Positions 24,395 through 36,960 of a stretch of DNA of 57,388 nucleotides are shown in pieces. A program made the position numbers and the translations under genes. The notes under the pieces were generated by a model. It was not told the DNA's origin. It ran no database searches and saw nothing but the letters and a program-made list of their open reading frames with translations. Origin of the DNA: an uncultured virus (IMG/VR IMGVR_UViG_2061766007_000738) (taxonomy: Duplodnaviria > Heunggongvirae > Uroviricota > Caudoviricetes); the IMG/VR virus record IMGVR_UViG_2061766007_000738; one strand, given 5' to 3'. Each line of letters opens with the position of its first letter. The stretch's first letter is position 1.

Positions 24395-25396
24395 TCAGTT
24401 GCTGGAACCATCGTCAAGCCACGTATCGGGCTCGCCGCCGACCGTGAAGTCGACCGAGAAGATCGCGCCCGGGTTCGGCATGTTCATACCGACCATTTCC
24501 TGGGCACCCATCTTCAGGATGATGTTCCGCTCGACCTCGGTGAAGATCTCGGCTTCGCCGTAGGTGAGGAAATCACCAAGACGCGCGGGCTCGGTGTAGA
24601 CGTAGAGCTTGCGGTACGGCACCAGGCTGGTGCTGAGCGCGGTGATCCACTTCACGCCGCAGAGGTTCTCTTCGAGAGCCTCGGTGTTACCGAAGAGGGT
24701 CTTCTCCACAACGCCATTGGTCTGCTCATAGGCCTTGAAGGTCTTGATGAGGTCAAACCACATCGCACGCTGCATCAGGACGCGAGCCGCGCTGAGATTC
24801 TGCTTGCTGAGGGCCATACCCTGAATAGCGGTGAAGAAGTTCTCGGAGGTAACCGCGCCACCGAGATCGATGTAGCGCTTGACGCCGACGTTCGGGTCAA
24901 CCACACCCTTCGCGGGCAGCATCTGGTTGGACAACGCGACGAAGTACTTATCCTCCTTCTGGAGGACGTCCATCATCATGAGGTCCTTGAACACGTCAAC
25001 CAGCGGACCACGATAAGCTTCGAGGAAGATCTTGTCGATCCGATAGACCGGCGAGAAAATCCGGAGCATATAGATCCGGTACTTGTTGGCGTGCATGTAG
25101 GTCTGCATCGTGCCGGTGTCGTAGTTGACGCCGATCGCGCCAGCGCTGTAGGGCTGGTAGGTGCGGATCACATACGGGTCGATCGAGTCGTCGGTGTACG
25201 CGAACTCGTCGGCACTGATCGGTTCCGGATCCATCGTCCGACGGGCCACGCCATCGTTACGCAGATAAGTCTGGAACCACTCCTTCAGCCGCGGACTGGA
25301 GGCACGCTTCTGCATGCCACGCTCGTCGGTGGCGAAGATCTCCGACAGCAACGCCTGATTGCGTTCGTCGGTCTGAGCTTGAGCAACTTTATTCAT
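24395..25396 (-). CDS. Major capsid protein
   Basis: 333 aa with very strong C/G-ending codon bias. Follows protease, scaffold and decoration genes and is followed by a hairpin; C-terminus (AQEMVGMNMPNPGAIFSVDF) fits an HK97 fold. Confidence 0.75.
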   Translation of the reverse strand: MNKVAQAQTDERNQALLSEIFATDERGMQKRASSPRLKEWFQTYLRNDGVARRTMDPEPISADEFAYTDDSIDPYVIRTYQPYSAGAIGVNYDTGTMQTYMHANKYRIYMLRIFSPVYRIDKIFLEAYRGPLVDVFKDLMMMDVLQKEDKYFVALSNQMLPAKGVVDPNVGVKRYIDLGGAVTSENFFTAIQGMALSKQNLSAARVLMQRAMWFDLIKTFKAYEQTNGVVEKTLFGNTEALEENLCGVKWITALSTSLVPYRKLYVYTEPARLGDFLTYGEAEIFTEVERNIILKMGAQEMVGMNMPNPGAIFSVDFTVGGEPDTWLDDGSSN

Positions 25397-25414
25397 TGTT
25401 CAGTACTCCTATGA

Positions 25415-25999
25415 TTAGCTCACCACCGGGGGGATGAAGTAGCAGGTGAACTTCAGGGACGGCAGGTCGAAATGGTCGATGCCCGTGGGGCCATCGGCAA
25501 TACCGACCACAACGTCGGTGTACGCGGTGGCACCGTTGGTCAGCAGACCGACCGAGGTGTAGTCACCGAATGCACCAGTCGTGACCTTCAGGAAGTCACC
25601 GGCCGCATAGGTCTTGGTCGTGTCGTAGACGGTGGTCACGACGCGATAGTAACCCGTGCAGGGGAGCAGCGAAACAACGCCGCCGGCGATGTTACCCTTC
25701 TGGGAAGCAACCGACTTCTGATCGGTGCCCATGTAGACAACATACGGAACCGGGCAGTTGCTGGTGGTGGCAGAACCAACGCCCGCGGTTGCCAGACCGG
25801 TGCTGTTGTCGATGTGCGCAATGCTGCCGGTCGGAAGCTCCGCACCAGTAGCAAACGCCACGCTATCCATGAAACGGGTAGCGAACGTGGTATCGCCCTG
25901 ATAAATCATGGCGCGATACTTCATCGTGAAGGGCGCCGGCTTGGCAGCAGTGCCATCCGCATACCCCTGATTGAAAATAGTGTCGCTATAGGGATCCAT
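25415..25999 (-). CDS. Capsid decoration/cement protein
   Basis: 194-aa T/G/A-rich ORF (YAAGDFLKV...VVGIADG) immediately upstream of the capsid gene, with the same codon bias. Confidence 0.6.
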   Translation of the reverse strand: MDPYSDTIFNQGYADGTAAKPAPFTMKYRAMIYQGDTTFATRFMDSVAFATGAELPTGSIAHIDNSTGLATAGVGSATTSNCPVPYVVYMGTDQKSVASQKGNIAGGVVSLLPCTGYYRVVTTVYDTTKTYAAGDFLKVTTGAFGDYTSVGLLTNGATAYTDVVVGIADGPTGIDHFDLPSLKFTCYFIPPVVS

Positions 26000-26067
26000 T
26001 TTCGTTTATCCTTTGTCGGCGTTAATACACCTGCTGGTGCCGACGGTTCCGGCAGGCTATACTAAAC

Positions 26068-26480
26068 TTATCGACCGAGCCCGAAAGCAGCGTCGAAAGC
26101 ATCCTGCGCGGAGTTCGCGCGACGCGGCAGTTCCGCCTTGGCTTTTGCCGCGGACGCCGCCTTTTTCACGGTGACCATGCCGGAATCGGAAACCTTGGAC
26201 GCGATCGCATCCGAGGCAACCTTCACCAGCGAGTCAACCACAGCATTCGGATTGGCGGACCAAATCTTCTGCAGATTCGCGGCATTCACCGCGGCACGAT
26301 CGCCGTACAGGGACGCGACCGCGCTGGCAGCCTTTTCCAACTTCGCAGCATCGAATTCGATCTTCTCCGGCTGTTTAGCACTGGCTTCCTTCGCCATCTG
26401 ACNNNNNNNNNNNNCTTCGCGGTCTCAGCCATTGCGATTACATCCGACGCGAACTTCTTGAGAACTTTCGCTTCAGTCAT
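26068..26480 (-). CDS. Head-associated helical protein (scaffold-like)
   Basis: Joined across a short gap; contains KFAS, KEAS, KAAS, KVAS and KAAS. Confidence 0.55.
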
Positions 26481-26489
26481 TATATCACC

Positions 26490-27783
26490 TCACTTCAGCG
26501 TGCTCAGCCGCGACGCAAAAGCTTCCGGCGACAGCCCGAGCACTTGATTGACCACCGGAGTGACCATATCCCGGAGCGGATTCGCAGACGCGCTCTTCTT
26601 GAGCTCATCGACCATCGTGGAGGCATCTTCGTCGCTCACGACCGGAGCGCCCTGCTCATCGACAGCACCGACCGCCTGCTGAACTTGTGCGGTTTCCAGT
26701 GCGTCTTCGACAACCTCCGCTGCGCCTTCCAGCGCCTCGTCATCGGAGATCTCGGGATTTTCCGCCTTGATCTCTTGAGCGATGCCGATCACGAGCTGAC
26801 CGACCTGTTCGGCAACGGCGTTCTCGTCGACACCGGCTTCCGCCNNNNNNNNNNNNNNNNNNNNNNNNNNNNNNNNNNNNNNNNNNNNNNNNNNNTTCCG
26901 CCGCGGCCTCCTTCTTCACCGACGCTTCCTGCTTAGGTTCTTCCTTTGCAGACGCTTTCTTGTCGACGCCCTCGAAGTGATCCGCCACAGCCTTGACGGC
27001 GAGAACTTCGGCTTCCTCANNNNNNNNNNCTCCTTGACCTGCGCGACGAGTTCTTCCGCGATCTCTCCCTCGGAGGGTTCGCCGGCCGCTTCTGCGGGGG
27101 CTTCACCGCCCATAGCCTGCTCAACCGCCGCNNNNNNNNNNNNNNNNNNNNNNNNCGTCACTCAGCTCGGGGTACTTTTCCTTCAGCGAAGCCGCAACGT
27201 CTTCCTGAACCTTGGCGAGACCCGCCTCGATGTCCGCACTCTCGGCGATCTCTTCGGCGTTTGCCTGTTTATAGACCGCTCGGCAGTACTCGATGATACC
27301 CTGAGCAACCGGGTCACCAGCACTGGCGCGTTTGACAATAAAGTCTTCGACATCTTTTTCGGTGACCTCGGCACTTGCCTGCTTGGCAACACCGCTGAAC
27401 GCCGAATCGGGGAGCGACAGAATTTGCTGAGCAAAGCTGATCAGCGCGTTCGCCTTCTTCTCGAACTCGTCCGCCGACTTGATGATCTCATTGACTTCGG
27501 CGTTGTCCTTCACTCCGGGACCGTTGGTGTCAACGTGCCCGATGTCCGTGCCTTTGTCTTCCGGGGTCAATCCGGAATCAGACATACCCTTCTCGCCGGG
27601 GACTTCGACACCCGCGGGCAGATTGCCTTCAACCTGCACGTCGGCAGCGCCGTCGATCAGCTGAGTGGGGCACTTTGCACTTTCGTGCTCGCAACCGTCA
27701 CCGGCAGTCTTGACCAGAGCTTTGTCCGCTGCGCTCTGCGCATTGGCGATCGCCTGAGCAAGACGCTCTTTAACGTCACTCAT
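26490..27783 (-). CDS. Capsid scaffold/core protein
   Basis: Four acidic E/A-rich fragments joined across gaps, between protease and capsid genes; many K-x-A motifs. Confidence 0.6.
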
Positions 27784-27794
27784 TTTCCTGTTCC

Positions 27795-29222
27795 TTAGTT
27801 ACTAGTGAGCGCCCGCAACAGTGCGAGCACCTGTTCTTGGTCGTCAAGGTCCGCGCAAGCATCGGTCAAATAGCTTGCGTATTCGCGGGACAAATCGTTG
27901 TTTCCGCGCTTGACACATATAATAGTCACATTATTGCCATTTTGCAAATCGGGTTGCAAAATCGAGCCGAGTATTCTCGGGAGGTCGATCCCGATGTTGG
28001 GCTGGATACGCTTGATCGGGCGCAACATCCGCAGGTCCAAGCAAGGGGACGTGGCGTAGGCGTCGTCTTCGCAGAACTCGTCGAGGTCGGGACGTTCCCA
28101 AATATCCTCGAAGATGCCGGGAAGCCCATTGCGAATGATCATCACATTCTTGGGAGTATTCTGCTCAGGAGCGATCAAACGCAGAAACTCTTCCGGATTG
28201 AGTACGCATTTGTGTTCCTTCAAACCGCCCAGAACTTCCGGGGTGTGCGCAAAGTCGATGAATTTGTGCAACTCGTCAACGGCATCCTCGATTCCGGCTT
28301 TCTTGGCAAAACCCTTGAGAAGCCTCTTATTCAGCTTATCATTGTGCGCTTCCGTGAGGATACGTTTTTCGATTGCCGCCAACTTCTTGACGGTATCATA
28401 ACGCTTGACCGCATTTGCGGTCTTCAGCATGCAGCGCAACGCAAACGGATTAACCGAGGGATTGAGCAACTCGGCATCTGCACCAGATGCAACTTTCTTG
28501 ATGCTGAAAGCGATTCTTTCCGCGGGCACGCGTACGCGACTTATATCATGATAAACACCCTTATCGGAAATCATGCATATCACGTTACCATCTTCATCCC
28601 ACTCACCGGCGTGATGCTTAATGTGGTCACAATGCTCGTCTTCGGTATGCGCGACGTGGCCGCAATATTTACAGCGGTCCATAGCAGCGTCGAAGCCTAT
28701 CGAAAACTTCATCGGATGTCCTTTGGACAGCGCATCCAAGTCATCCCGCCAAGCCGCATCATTAACACCGATGATCAGCTCGCCACGTTTCATGGGCTGA
28801 TTGTAGGCTTGCGCGACAATGTAGCCTTGGGACTTCGGCGGATTAACACTATGCTTATTACGATGCTCGGTGTAAACACCGCCCGCATCCATGAAAGTCT
28901 TATGATACTTGGAGATTCCGCCGTCAAGGACGATCACCTTGGCACCACCCTTCTCAGGGTGCGGAATCTCTATTTCGCAAGGTTCACCGTTGTAGAAGTC
29001 CGCGCGGGAATTCGGCCCATATGTGCAACCGTCTGCCACCGAGATCAGGTGGATGTATTCGTAGCCCGGTTTGCGCTCGAAGGTCTTGATGACGTCAGTG
29101 AACATCGACGCGCGCTTCTTCAACACCGTATTATCAAAGCCCTTCGAGAACGAAGGGATGATCGTCGACGGCGGGAAGATGTCGTTGTCGTTATATCCGG
29201 ATATCAGAGTTTTCGGGATCAT
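27795..29222 (-). CDS. Prohead maturation protease (HK97/assemblin-like Ser protease) with C-terminal extension
   Basis: His motif VYTEHRN, Ser motif KFSIGF, and DISRVRVPA (the E/D-x-S-x-V-x-x-P-A signature); CKYC...HCDH insertion. Confidence 0.75.
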   Translation of the reverse strand: MIPKTLISGYNDNDIFPPSTIIPSFSKGFDNTVLKKRASMFTDVIKTFERKPGYEYIHLISVADGCTYGPNSRADFYNGEPCEIEIPHPEKGGAKVIVLDGGISKYHKTFMDAGGVYTEHRNKHSVNPPKSQGYIVAQAYNQPMKRGELIIGVNDAAWRDDLDALSKGHPMKFSIGFDAAMDRCKYCGHVAHTEDEHCDHIKHHAGEWDEDGNVICMISDKGVYHDISRVRVPAERIAFSIKKVASGADAELLNPSVNPFALRCMLKTANAVKRYDTVKKLAAIEKRILTEAHNDKLNKRLLKGFAKKAGIEDAVDELHKFIDFAHTPEVLGGLKEHKCVLNPEEFLRLIAPEQNTPKNVMIIRNGLPGIFEDIWERPDLDEFCEDDAYATSPCLDLRMLRPIKRIQPNIGIDLPRILGSILQPDLQNGNNVTIICVKRGNNDLSREYASYLTDACADLDDQEQVLALLRALTSN

Positions 29223-30485
29223 CAGTCTTCATCCTCAAATGGATTTTCGTCAGCGCCGCGCTCATAGCGAAGCTTACTTGCCGCTTCCAGCACGTCAGCG
29301 GCATCCTCAGCACTCGTAACACCACCATGACTGAGTTGTTTGGTTACCCAACTGCGAACGAGCTGCGTTGCACTCGACGGGTGCGCTTTCAGTCTTTCCG
29401 GCAACTTCTGAATAGCGGCGTTGTAAGCATCCTGAACTTGATGAATGGGGAAGGTGCTGATGTAGTCGTCGTTATAGATCTCGTAGAAGTTGCGTTTCAT
29501 TTCCAACTCACGGAGGATGTTGGCAACGTTCTGGTTGAGGATCGAGCTATAGAGCTTTTGCTTATTCTCGTCCTTCAAACCGAGTGCTTCCGGGAAGACC
29601 GCACCACCCAGCATACCGGAAACGGCTGCGCCGATCGTAGCTTCTTTCCGCATACGCAGTTTGGAAAGGTTGTATGCCCCGGCAAGCTTTCGCATGTTGT
29701 TGCAGAGATCTGCACAAGCGGTTTTGATCAGTGTTTTGTAGTTGTCACGGATATACGACTTTTCCACACAATCGTTCATGAGTTGATACGTCTTGCCCTC
29801 CGGAAGTACCGGAGCAGATGCGTACTTCTTCAGCTCAACCTTGCCAAACAACTCGGCGACGCCCTGAAACAGTGCGCCATAATACGCCGCACCGATGCCC
29901 GCTGCCGCGGTCTTCTCCATCACATCAGTATGCGACAGGTGGCGGGCAAGTGCATCTTTAGCCGCCACCAACTCATCTTCCGCGTGATCATACGCAAACG
30001 CCAACTTGTTCAGCAGATCTTCCTGATGGTTGATCGCGTTGGCCATCGTCACTTTTTCAAAACCCGGGCGCTGGTCGATTTCGATGCAGTCCGCGGGATT
30101 GAACGCAGACGCTGTCTTTTTCATTTCCGGTTCCGTTGCTTTCTTAGGAGTATTGGCGTAGAACTTCGGCTGAAGATTCGCCAGCTTCTTCACGGCATTA
30201 CCGCGCGCGCTTTTCTTCATCAGACTGATGACATGGTTGCTGTCAAGGATCGCGAAATCATTCTCTCTGACATTCACATCTTTGCTGGAGAGCTTGTAGA
30301 GCGCCTTATTGGAGTTGAACGCATCGCAAACACGTTGCGCGACCCCGTAGCGATCCCCAAGCTCCGCACCAAGAATATCTGCGGCGACTTTTTCGAGTTG
30401 TTCACGATCTTCGCNNNNNNNNNNNNNNNNNNNNNNNNNNNNNNNNNNNNNNGTCCGATATGTTTCTGTTTTCGTCGGTATGCAT
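29222..30485 (-). CDS. Putative internal head protein
   Basis: ATG at 30485 with a GAGG RBS; the frame extends upstream of the track ORF (EDREQLEKVAAD...). About ten K-x-A motifs and a hydrophobic IGAAVSGMLGG segment. Confidence 0.55.
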
Positions 30486-30495
30486 GCGCAACCCT

Positions 30496-31339
30496 CTATT
30501 CGACTTCTATCTTTGTAGGTTTACAACTAATTAACTTATCTTCGATCGTCTGTATTTGCTGACTGGGTTCACTTTGGTCGTAGACCATTCTGAACAGCCC
30601 CGTCAGCGCATGGCAGTATTCGGAACTGCCGACGTTCTCAATGCGTTTGAACCCAAACTTATCCCGGATATCTCCACCGCCGCGGTTCTGCCCGAGTTCC
30701 GCCAGTCCTAACACGATACCGGAAGCTATCGGATTTTCTTTTGCGAACTCCTCACCCTCGGTGATGTACTTCAGCATCATCGCGGCATTTCGATACCCGC
30801 CGAGCNNNNNNNNNNNNNNNNNNNNNNNNNNNNNNNNNNNTACCAAAACCGGAGGCTTCCAAAACATCCATCCCTCCGCAGTACGCCAGCAGCTTCCAAA
30901 TCTCACCTAACGGGAGCTGCGACCCATTACAATTTGTAAGGGGTTGCACCACGTAGCGGTACATCATCGGAACACTCTGCAGATACGGACGAATATTGTA
31001 GAATAGCTCATGGTAGAGCCCTACCACCAAGCCATCCGGTATCGCCGGATCTTCCAGCTTCTGCGCTATGGTGTCAAAGTCCTCGCCCGTTACCAACATT
31101 GCTTCGAGCATGTGTTTGCCCGAATGCAGACTGTCGTTCTCAAAGACGGAGAACAGTGTATGGAACAGCGGACATTGTTCCGCATATTGTTCCATACTGT
31201 ACAGCCGCCGCTGATCCAGCAGCNNNNNNNNNNNNNNNNNNNNNNNNNNNNNNNNNNTGGGCTGGATATCCGGGTGTTTCAATTCATATTTGGCGCGGTA
31301 GTATCTGCCGCGCGGACCTTCAAACTCAGTCAGCTTCAT
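30496..31339 (-). CDS. Hypothetical protein
   Basis: MKLTEFEGPRGRYY start overlaps the upstream stop (ATGA); joined across gaps. Confidence 0.55.
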
Positions 31340-33509
31340 CCGATAGACTGCGAAAGATCCCCGCCAACCAGATCGCTGATATTGTCGACCTGCCCTTGCT
31401 GAAGACCGAGGATGATATCCCAAAGTTTGAAGAATGCCGACTTGATCGACTTCTCCATCACCAGCGTCCGTTGATCGCCATAGGCTTCCTGCAGGGAATC
31501 GTTGACTCGCGCCAGGAACAGCAAGCGACCAAGCGCATCCACCGCGGCAAGAAGTTTCGGGATATAACTCCGAACCTCACGAACCGAGGTATCATCTTCC
31601 GCAAGAAGTTTCAACAGGTCGACATCCAGGACCTGCCGAACNNNNNNNNNNNNNNNNNNNNNNNNNNNNGACATCCGTGGATTTCGGTTCCAGCGTTGTC
31701 GTTTCGGTGTAATCCACATACGCAGGTTCTTCTTGCGCAAATGCCATGTCGAAACCGGCTTGCGCCGCAACCTTGATAAGGTANNNNNNNNNNNNNNNNN
31801 NNNNNNNNNNNNNNNNNNNNNNNNNNNNNNNNNNTGACGATCTTCATGGCATCTTTTGGCGCAACCGCGTAGTTGGTCACGAGATATTTGGCAACATCAA
31901 TCTTATCTCCGGACGCCTTTTTCATCAGCTTGTCCGACAGCGTCAGCAGTCCATCCGCGTTGTAGATCGTGACCTTGATAAGCTTGTCACGTTCTGCGAT
32001 GGCTTCGATGGCATTGGATTGATCCACAAGGTCGAGATCGTTCTTAGTATTGTACTCGGACGGAACGCCGTAGATCTTGCTGCCTTCCGGGACGCGAAGC
32101 GAATTACCGCGGATCTGCAACTTGGAACCGGGTTTGCCGACGATGATCTGAGTGATGAACTCACGCTTGGCGGAGACATCCGGCATCGGCGAAAGCTTCG
32201 ATTCGATCGTCGCCTTCAACCAATCCGCACCGCTATCGCTGCAGTCGGGGAAACGACCGACGCCCTCTCCGGCATCGAGCATGGTCGGGAAAACCTTGAT
32301 ACCGACAAACTTCGACTCATCGGTATTGATCCAGTGCCCGTTCGCACCGCTGTCGTTGGTCAGCATCAGCGCTTCACCGCGCGGAGTGACGACCACGGTC
32401 TTGTCGAACGAGTAGCCAAAAGTATCACTCGTGAGACTGTTGACGTCGGTACCACCCAGCGGAATCGACATGTCCATCGGATAGTACTGCCCGAGCGGGG
32501 CAAAATCAATGCGGTGCATCGTGCGGGATTGCCCGTCGTCCACGGGAATGATCCCGTAGGCTTCTTTGGTCTTGGTGAACTTATCAAAGCCTTCCGCACC
32601 ATTGAGGTCGATCACATAGGCGGTGATCGTGGTGCCATCCAGCTTCAGCAATTCATACAGACCGTTCTGCGCGGGAGTCTGGTAATCAGAATTCTGCTTG
32701 AGTTTGAAGATTTCGCTCGGAACCAATCCGCGGTTATCAACGATCACGGCACCATCCCGAAGAATGGAAGCCTTCTCTTCATCGGAGAGATCGCGCGCCT
32801 CCACGGAGGCGGAAGTCAGCACCTTGACCGGTTCCCGCGCGGGCTCGGACGCCTTGCTGTCGACCTTGACGCGGTCGATGACCACATTGTCGATAAGTTG
32901 GTCGACGAAACTGTCCATCGAAGACTTGTCATACCACTGAGCGAAGGCGTTGTAACCGGCAGGNNNNNNNNNNNNNNNNNNNNNNNNNNNTTTGCCAAGC
33001 TTGGGTGCGCTGATATTGTCGAGAGCGTTATAAAGATTGGCGTAGGAGCCGTTGTAGCTGAGAATGACCTGTGCCATATCACCTGCGGCGATCTTGAGAA
33101 TGGTCGGGGTGTCGGTGATCTCGCCGCTGGCAACTTTGGTAAACATCGTAAAAGGCAGATTCAACGAGACGCCGCCTGCACCACCATTGGTACCGCCACG
33201 AGTCATCTGCGGCTTATCTACAGCCTCTGCGGTAGTGTCGGTCTTCTTCGACAACAGATACGACAGCGTGTTGTCCTGCACAGGGAGGAACCGGTTGTTN
33301 NNNNNNNNNTCGCAGATCTGACCGTGGCGGTAAATCGACGGAATATAGATGTAAGTATCGCCGACTTTCGCCAGCAACACTCCGATACCGCGGTTATCTT
33401 TTTCGTCCGAGTCAACCATGCTGAAGCCCAGCAGATATTCGCGGAGCGACGGCATCACTTCGGCAATTTGGCTGTACGCAGCCTGCGACATCACGTCTTC
33501 GATTTTCAT
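31336..33509 (-). CDS. Large putative virion/head protein (about 720 aa)
   Basis: ORFs 31611..33509 and 31336..31770 joined; strong codon bias; KVAS, KIAA, KKAS and KVAA motifs. Confidence 0.55.
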
Positions 33510-33582
33510 TGGGTAGTCCTTGTTTTCAGGCGCGCGCCTTTACAGATATTTGAAAAATTTCAACTCAAAGTTAAATGTAGCA

Positions 33583-35801
33583 CTAAATGTCAACCTTGTC
33601 ACCCGCAAACGACTCAAATGCAAGTTGCGGGAAGTAGCTGGTGCTGTTCTTATAGGTGTTTGCACCGCGTGCCGCGCGGTCAACAAAAGTCTTCATCAGA
33701 TTTTCGCCAGACAGCGCGGTAAGGAAATCTTTATCAGTGTTTACCCAACCGCGCGCCCTAACCATCACCGGTTCGAACGGCGGAGNNNNNNNNNNNNNNN
33801 NCGCCATTCTTACGAAGGTACTCACGAACCTGCGGGGTTACACGTGTACCTATGGTATAGTGAAGAGCAGGCTGCTCAAGATATCCGGAAGCATCGTCAA
33901 CGCCGACTTTGCGCGAACCTTCCCGCGGTTCCCAGTGTGCGGCGATATCATCGTAATCAGCATAATCTCCAGCGATGCGCCCAAGTACACCATCAGGATC
34001 AGTGATCTGCACCTTGTTAAGATATCCGCGGGCTACACTTTCCAAAGCTCGCCGCTGAGTGTCAAGCTTATTGTCTGCGAGGACTTGCCGGAAACCTTTG
34101 ACGAATTGTCTACGGGCTTCCCCGATACCCTTGTGTTCGACCACCTTCGAGATGTCCAACATTCCGGTAGTGAGCGCATCACCTGCTTCGACTTGCTGAC
34201 CGGGTTTTACCGTCAACTCGGAATCCGGCGGAATCCAGTATTCAGTATCACCGACGCTGAGATATTGACCACCTTGCGGTGCAGGTCTAGTTCCGCCGAC
34301 TTTACCATCTACTTCGGACATCACCGCACCGCCGACGAAGTTTTCCGGCATATCGAGGAACTGCTCGATGGCTTCGAAACCCTTCTTGATACGCTTGGCG
34401 GACTTTTCCTCACCTCCGACGTGCTTGGAGTTGGACACTACCAATCCGTTGGCTAAAAGAAAGAGGTGATCAGGGTGATCTACTTCAATGTCGTAAGCGG
34501 TAAACTCACCGGCGTCCTCAACCCGTTGCCGTGACAACAGCAACGGCGGATTGCCGTTTTTGTAATCTACTTCTACGGGCAATCCATGATATTGTTCTCC
34601 GAGGGGGCGAACCACGTGTCTCGCACCACCACTACACAGAATTTTATGCTCGGCGGTGGCGATAACCATCAGTGGCTTATTTGCGCAATAGAAGTTCCAA
34701 ATGAACATCGGCATAGTGCCGTGATTGAACACATTAATGACCTTCACCGGACGCAGGGAACAGTCATCGGCGTTTACGCCGATTACCGTATCACCGATTT
34801 CGATATCAGCTATCCGTTTGATCGAGTGATCTGCCATCCGAACTTCGNNNNNNNNNNNNNNNGCGTCGACCATGAAGGAATTGATGTCATTCAGCCCAAC
34901 AACGTCGCCGACTTCCGGGAGAGCTCCGGATTCATGGATGCCTGAACACTTGGCGCACACGCCCTCAGCCGCTTTGCACGTCTCCGCAGAGCGGATCGGG
35001 ATGTTTCCGTCGAGATTATCAAGAATCTTTTCGGTAATGACGGTATCCTTCGGATAGACCGTACCATCTTTTCCTTTTACTTCACGTGCGAGTAGCGAGC
35101 CGATATTGTGAGTATCATCCGCGNNNNNNNNNNNNNNNNNNNNNTCCGCAGTCTTCACTGGTGACTACGACGCGGTGCGCAATCTGCCGAGCCCGACGGG
35201 AAAGGTAACCCGCCTTCGGCGTAGCCATCTGGATCTGGACATAACCATATCTGCCGCCGTGAGACGCATTCCAATAATCCAGCGGTGAAACCCCTTCCGC
35301 ATAAGAGCGGAGAGTTGGGTGGGGGATCGCTTTCATTTTGGAGTCCACTGTGAGCAAATCCCCGAACACCATCTGGCGGAGTTGTGTGGGATTACCTCGG
35401 ATACCGTGCTTGACCATTACGCCGAACGCATTGTCCTGATCGGCGAGATAGTCGACTATCTCTTTGTCCAGTGTCTCGGTTGCCTTGTGCGTGTAATCGA
35501 GGATCTGCTTACGCTTTTCCTGATTGGTGAGTCGAGGGTTCTGCACGATCTTGTTCAGGTCTTTCTTGATCTGCTCACGATAGGCTCGGAACTCCGGCGG
35601 GATCACCAGATCACGAAGATGCACCGAGGNNNNNNNNNNNNNNNNNNNNNNNNNNNNGATTTTGGCATACTCGTCCCCCGAACGCTCTTTGGCTATGCGG
35701 TCAAAGAGCTTCGTAATAGCCTTCTTGTCCAGAGTACCGTAATCACGATACTCCGGAGGAAGCTGCTCGTTGAGAAGTACGCGCCCGGGAGAAGTAATCA
35801 T
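33583..35801 (-). CDS. rpoC: DNA-directed RNA polymerase beta' subunit, C-terminal half (contains an intein)
   Basis: TSPGRVLLN; GIRGNPTQLRQM; bridge helix SYAEGVSPLDYWNASHGGRYG...AGYLSRR...SEDCG; Zn site IRSAETC...GVCAKCSG; trigger loop ...SKHVGG; C-terminal DFLTALSGENL. Three fragments joined across gaps. Confidence 0.9.
34430..34862 (-). mobile_element. Mini-intein in the beta' trigger loop (N-terminal junction hidden by a gap)
   Basis: EVRMADHSIKRIADIEIGDTV, block B ATAEH, blocks F/G YDIEVDHPDHLFLLANGLVVSN followed by S. Confidence 0.85.
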
Positions 35802-35805
35802 CTAA

Positions 35806-36960
35806 TCAGTATCTGGGGGTGATCGCCTTTGCCACCGGAGCCGCAACCTCGGAAGCACCCACGGCAACCTGCCTACCGGCGTGTCTGAAAAGCGGGTCTA
35901 TATTGGCTTTGCCGAAGTTGACCATGGCATCAGCAATGCGCTCAGAATTTCTGCCAACGAAATCAAGCATATATCCAACCCCGGTACCCAGCACGGTTTT
36001 TGCACTGCCCTTGATATAACTGGCTTTTGAGCTGCGCAACTTGCCCAAGTCACCCTCAGGAGCTTTGATCTTGCCAGACTGCAACAGATCACCGTTTTTG
36101 GCGTATACGCGGGTCTTGTTGCTAATCGGTTCGACGGGTTTTACGTCAACTTTATAGGTTTGTTTCCCTTGTGGGGTGCTGTTGCTTGCTGTGAGTTTGC
36201 CGCCGGATAGATTTCTCTTATCCACTTGTTGTAAATTAAGCGAGTGTGCAGTTGCCCTATCAACTTCCACGGCACCTACAACTTTTCCGTTTTTTGTTAC
36301 AGGGAGGATCGTCTTGCCCGGTGTGCNNNNNNNNNNNNNNNNNNNNNNNNNNNNNNNNNNNNNNNNNNNNNNNNNNNNNNNNNNNNNNNNNNNNNNNNNN
36401 NNNNNNNNNNNNNNNNNNNNNNNNNNNNNNNNNNNNNNNNNNNNNNNNNNNNNNNNNNNNNNCAAGCGCCTCTTTTTGAGATTGCCGATAACTGCCGCCT
36501 TCTTTATAGCCTTCTACGATGTCTTTGGCGCCCAAGGCTCCGCCAACGCCCGTACCCACTACGGCCCCGTANNNNNNNNNNNNNNNNNNNNNNNNNNNNN
36601 NNNNNNNNNNNNNNNNNNNNNNNNNNNNNNNNNNNNNNNCATAGAGTTCTTTGACCTGCTCGTCGGCCATACCCGAATGCGTGCGTTTGATGGCAGACTC
36701 CCGCAGGGCACGTGCGTCCTCGGGGGACTTCTTCGTGACCGCTCGGTTTGCAACATCGCCCTTTTCCGCGGTACGCTTATCCTCGATTGNNNNNNNNNNN
36801 NNNNNNNNNNNNNNNNNNNNNNNNNNNNNNNNNNNNNNNNNNNNNNNAAAACCGCCAAGACCCCACAGCGCATTGCTGGAGAGGTCTTTCTTTTTACGGA
36901 TGTAACGGTCGATCAAGAAACCACCAACCGCACCGGCACCGCCGGTTGCCAATATCCCCN
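35806..36960 (-). CDS. Glycine-zipper-containing protein(s); gene boundaries obscured by gaps
   Basis: GGAGAVGGFL, WGLGG, YGAVVGTGVGGALGA and VLGTGVG segments. Confidence 0.4.

Noticed and set aside
34845..34866. Ala-initiated (class 2/3) intein start
   Set aside because: The Ala sits at the right distance only if the gap length is exact, and that would delete the conserved trigger-helix residues. It cannot be resolved without reads.
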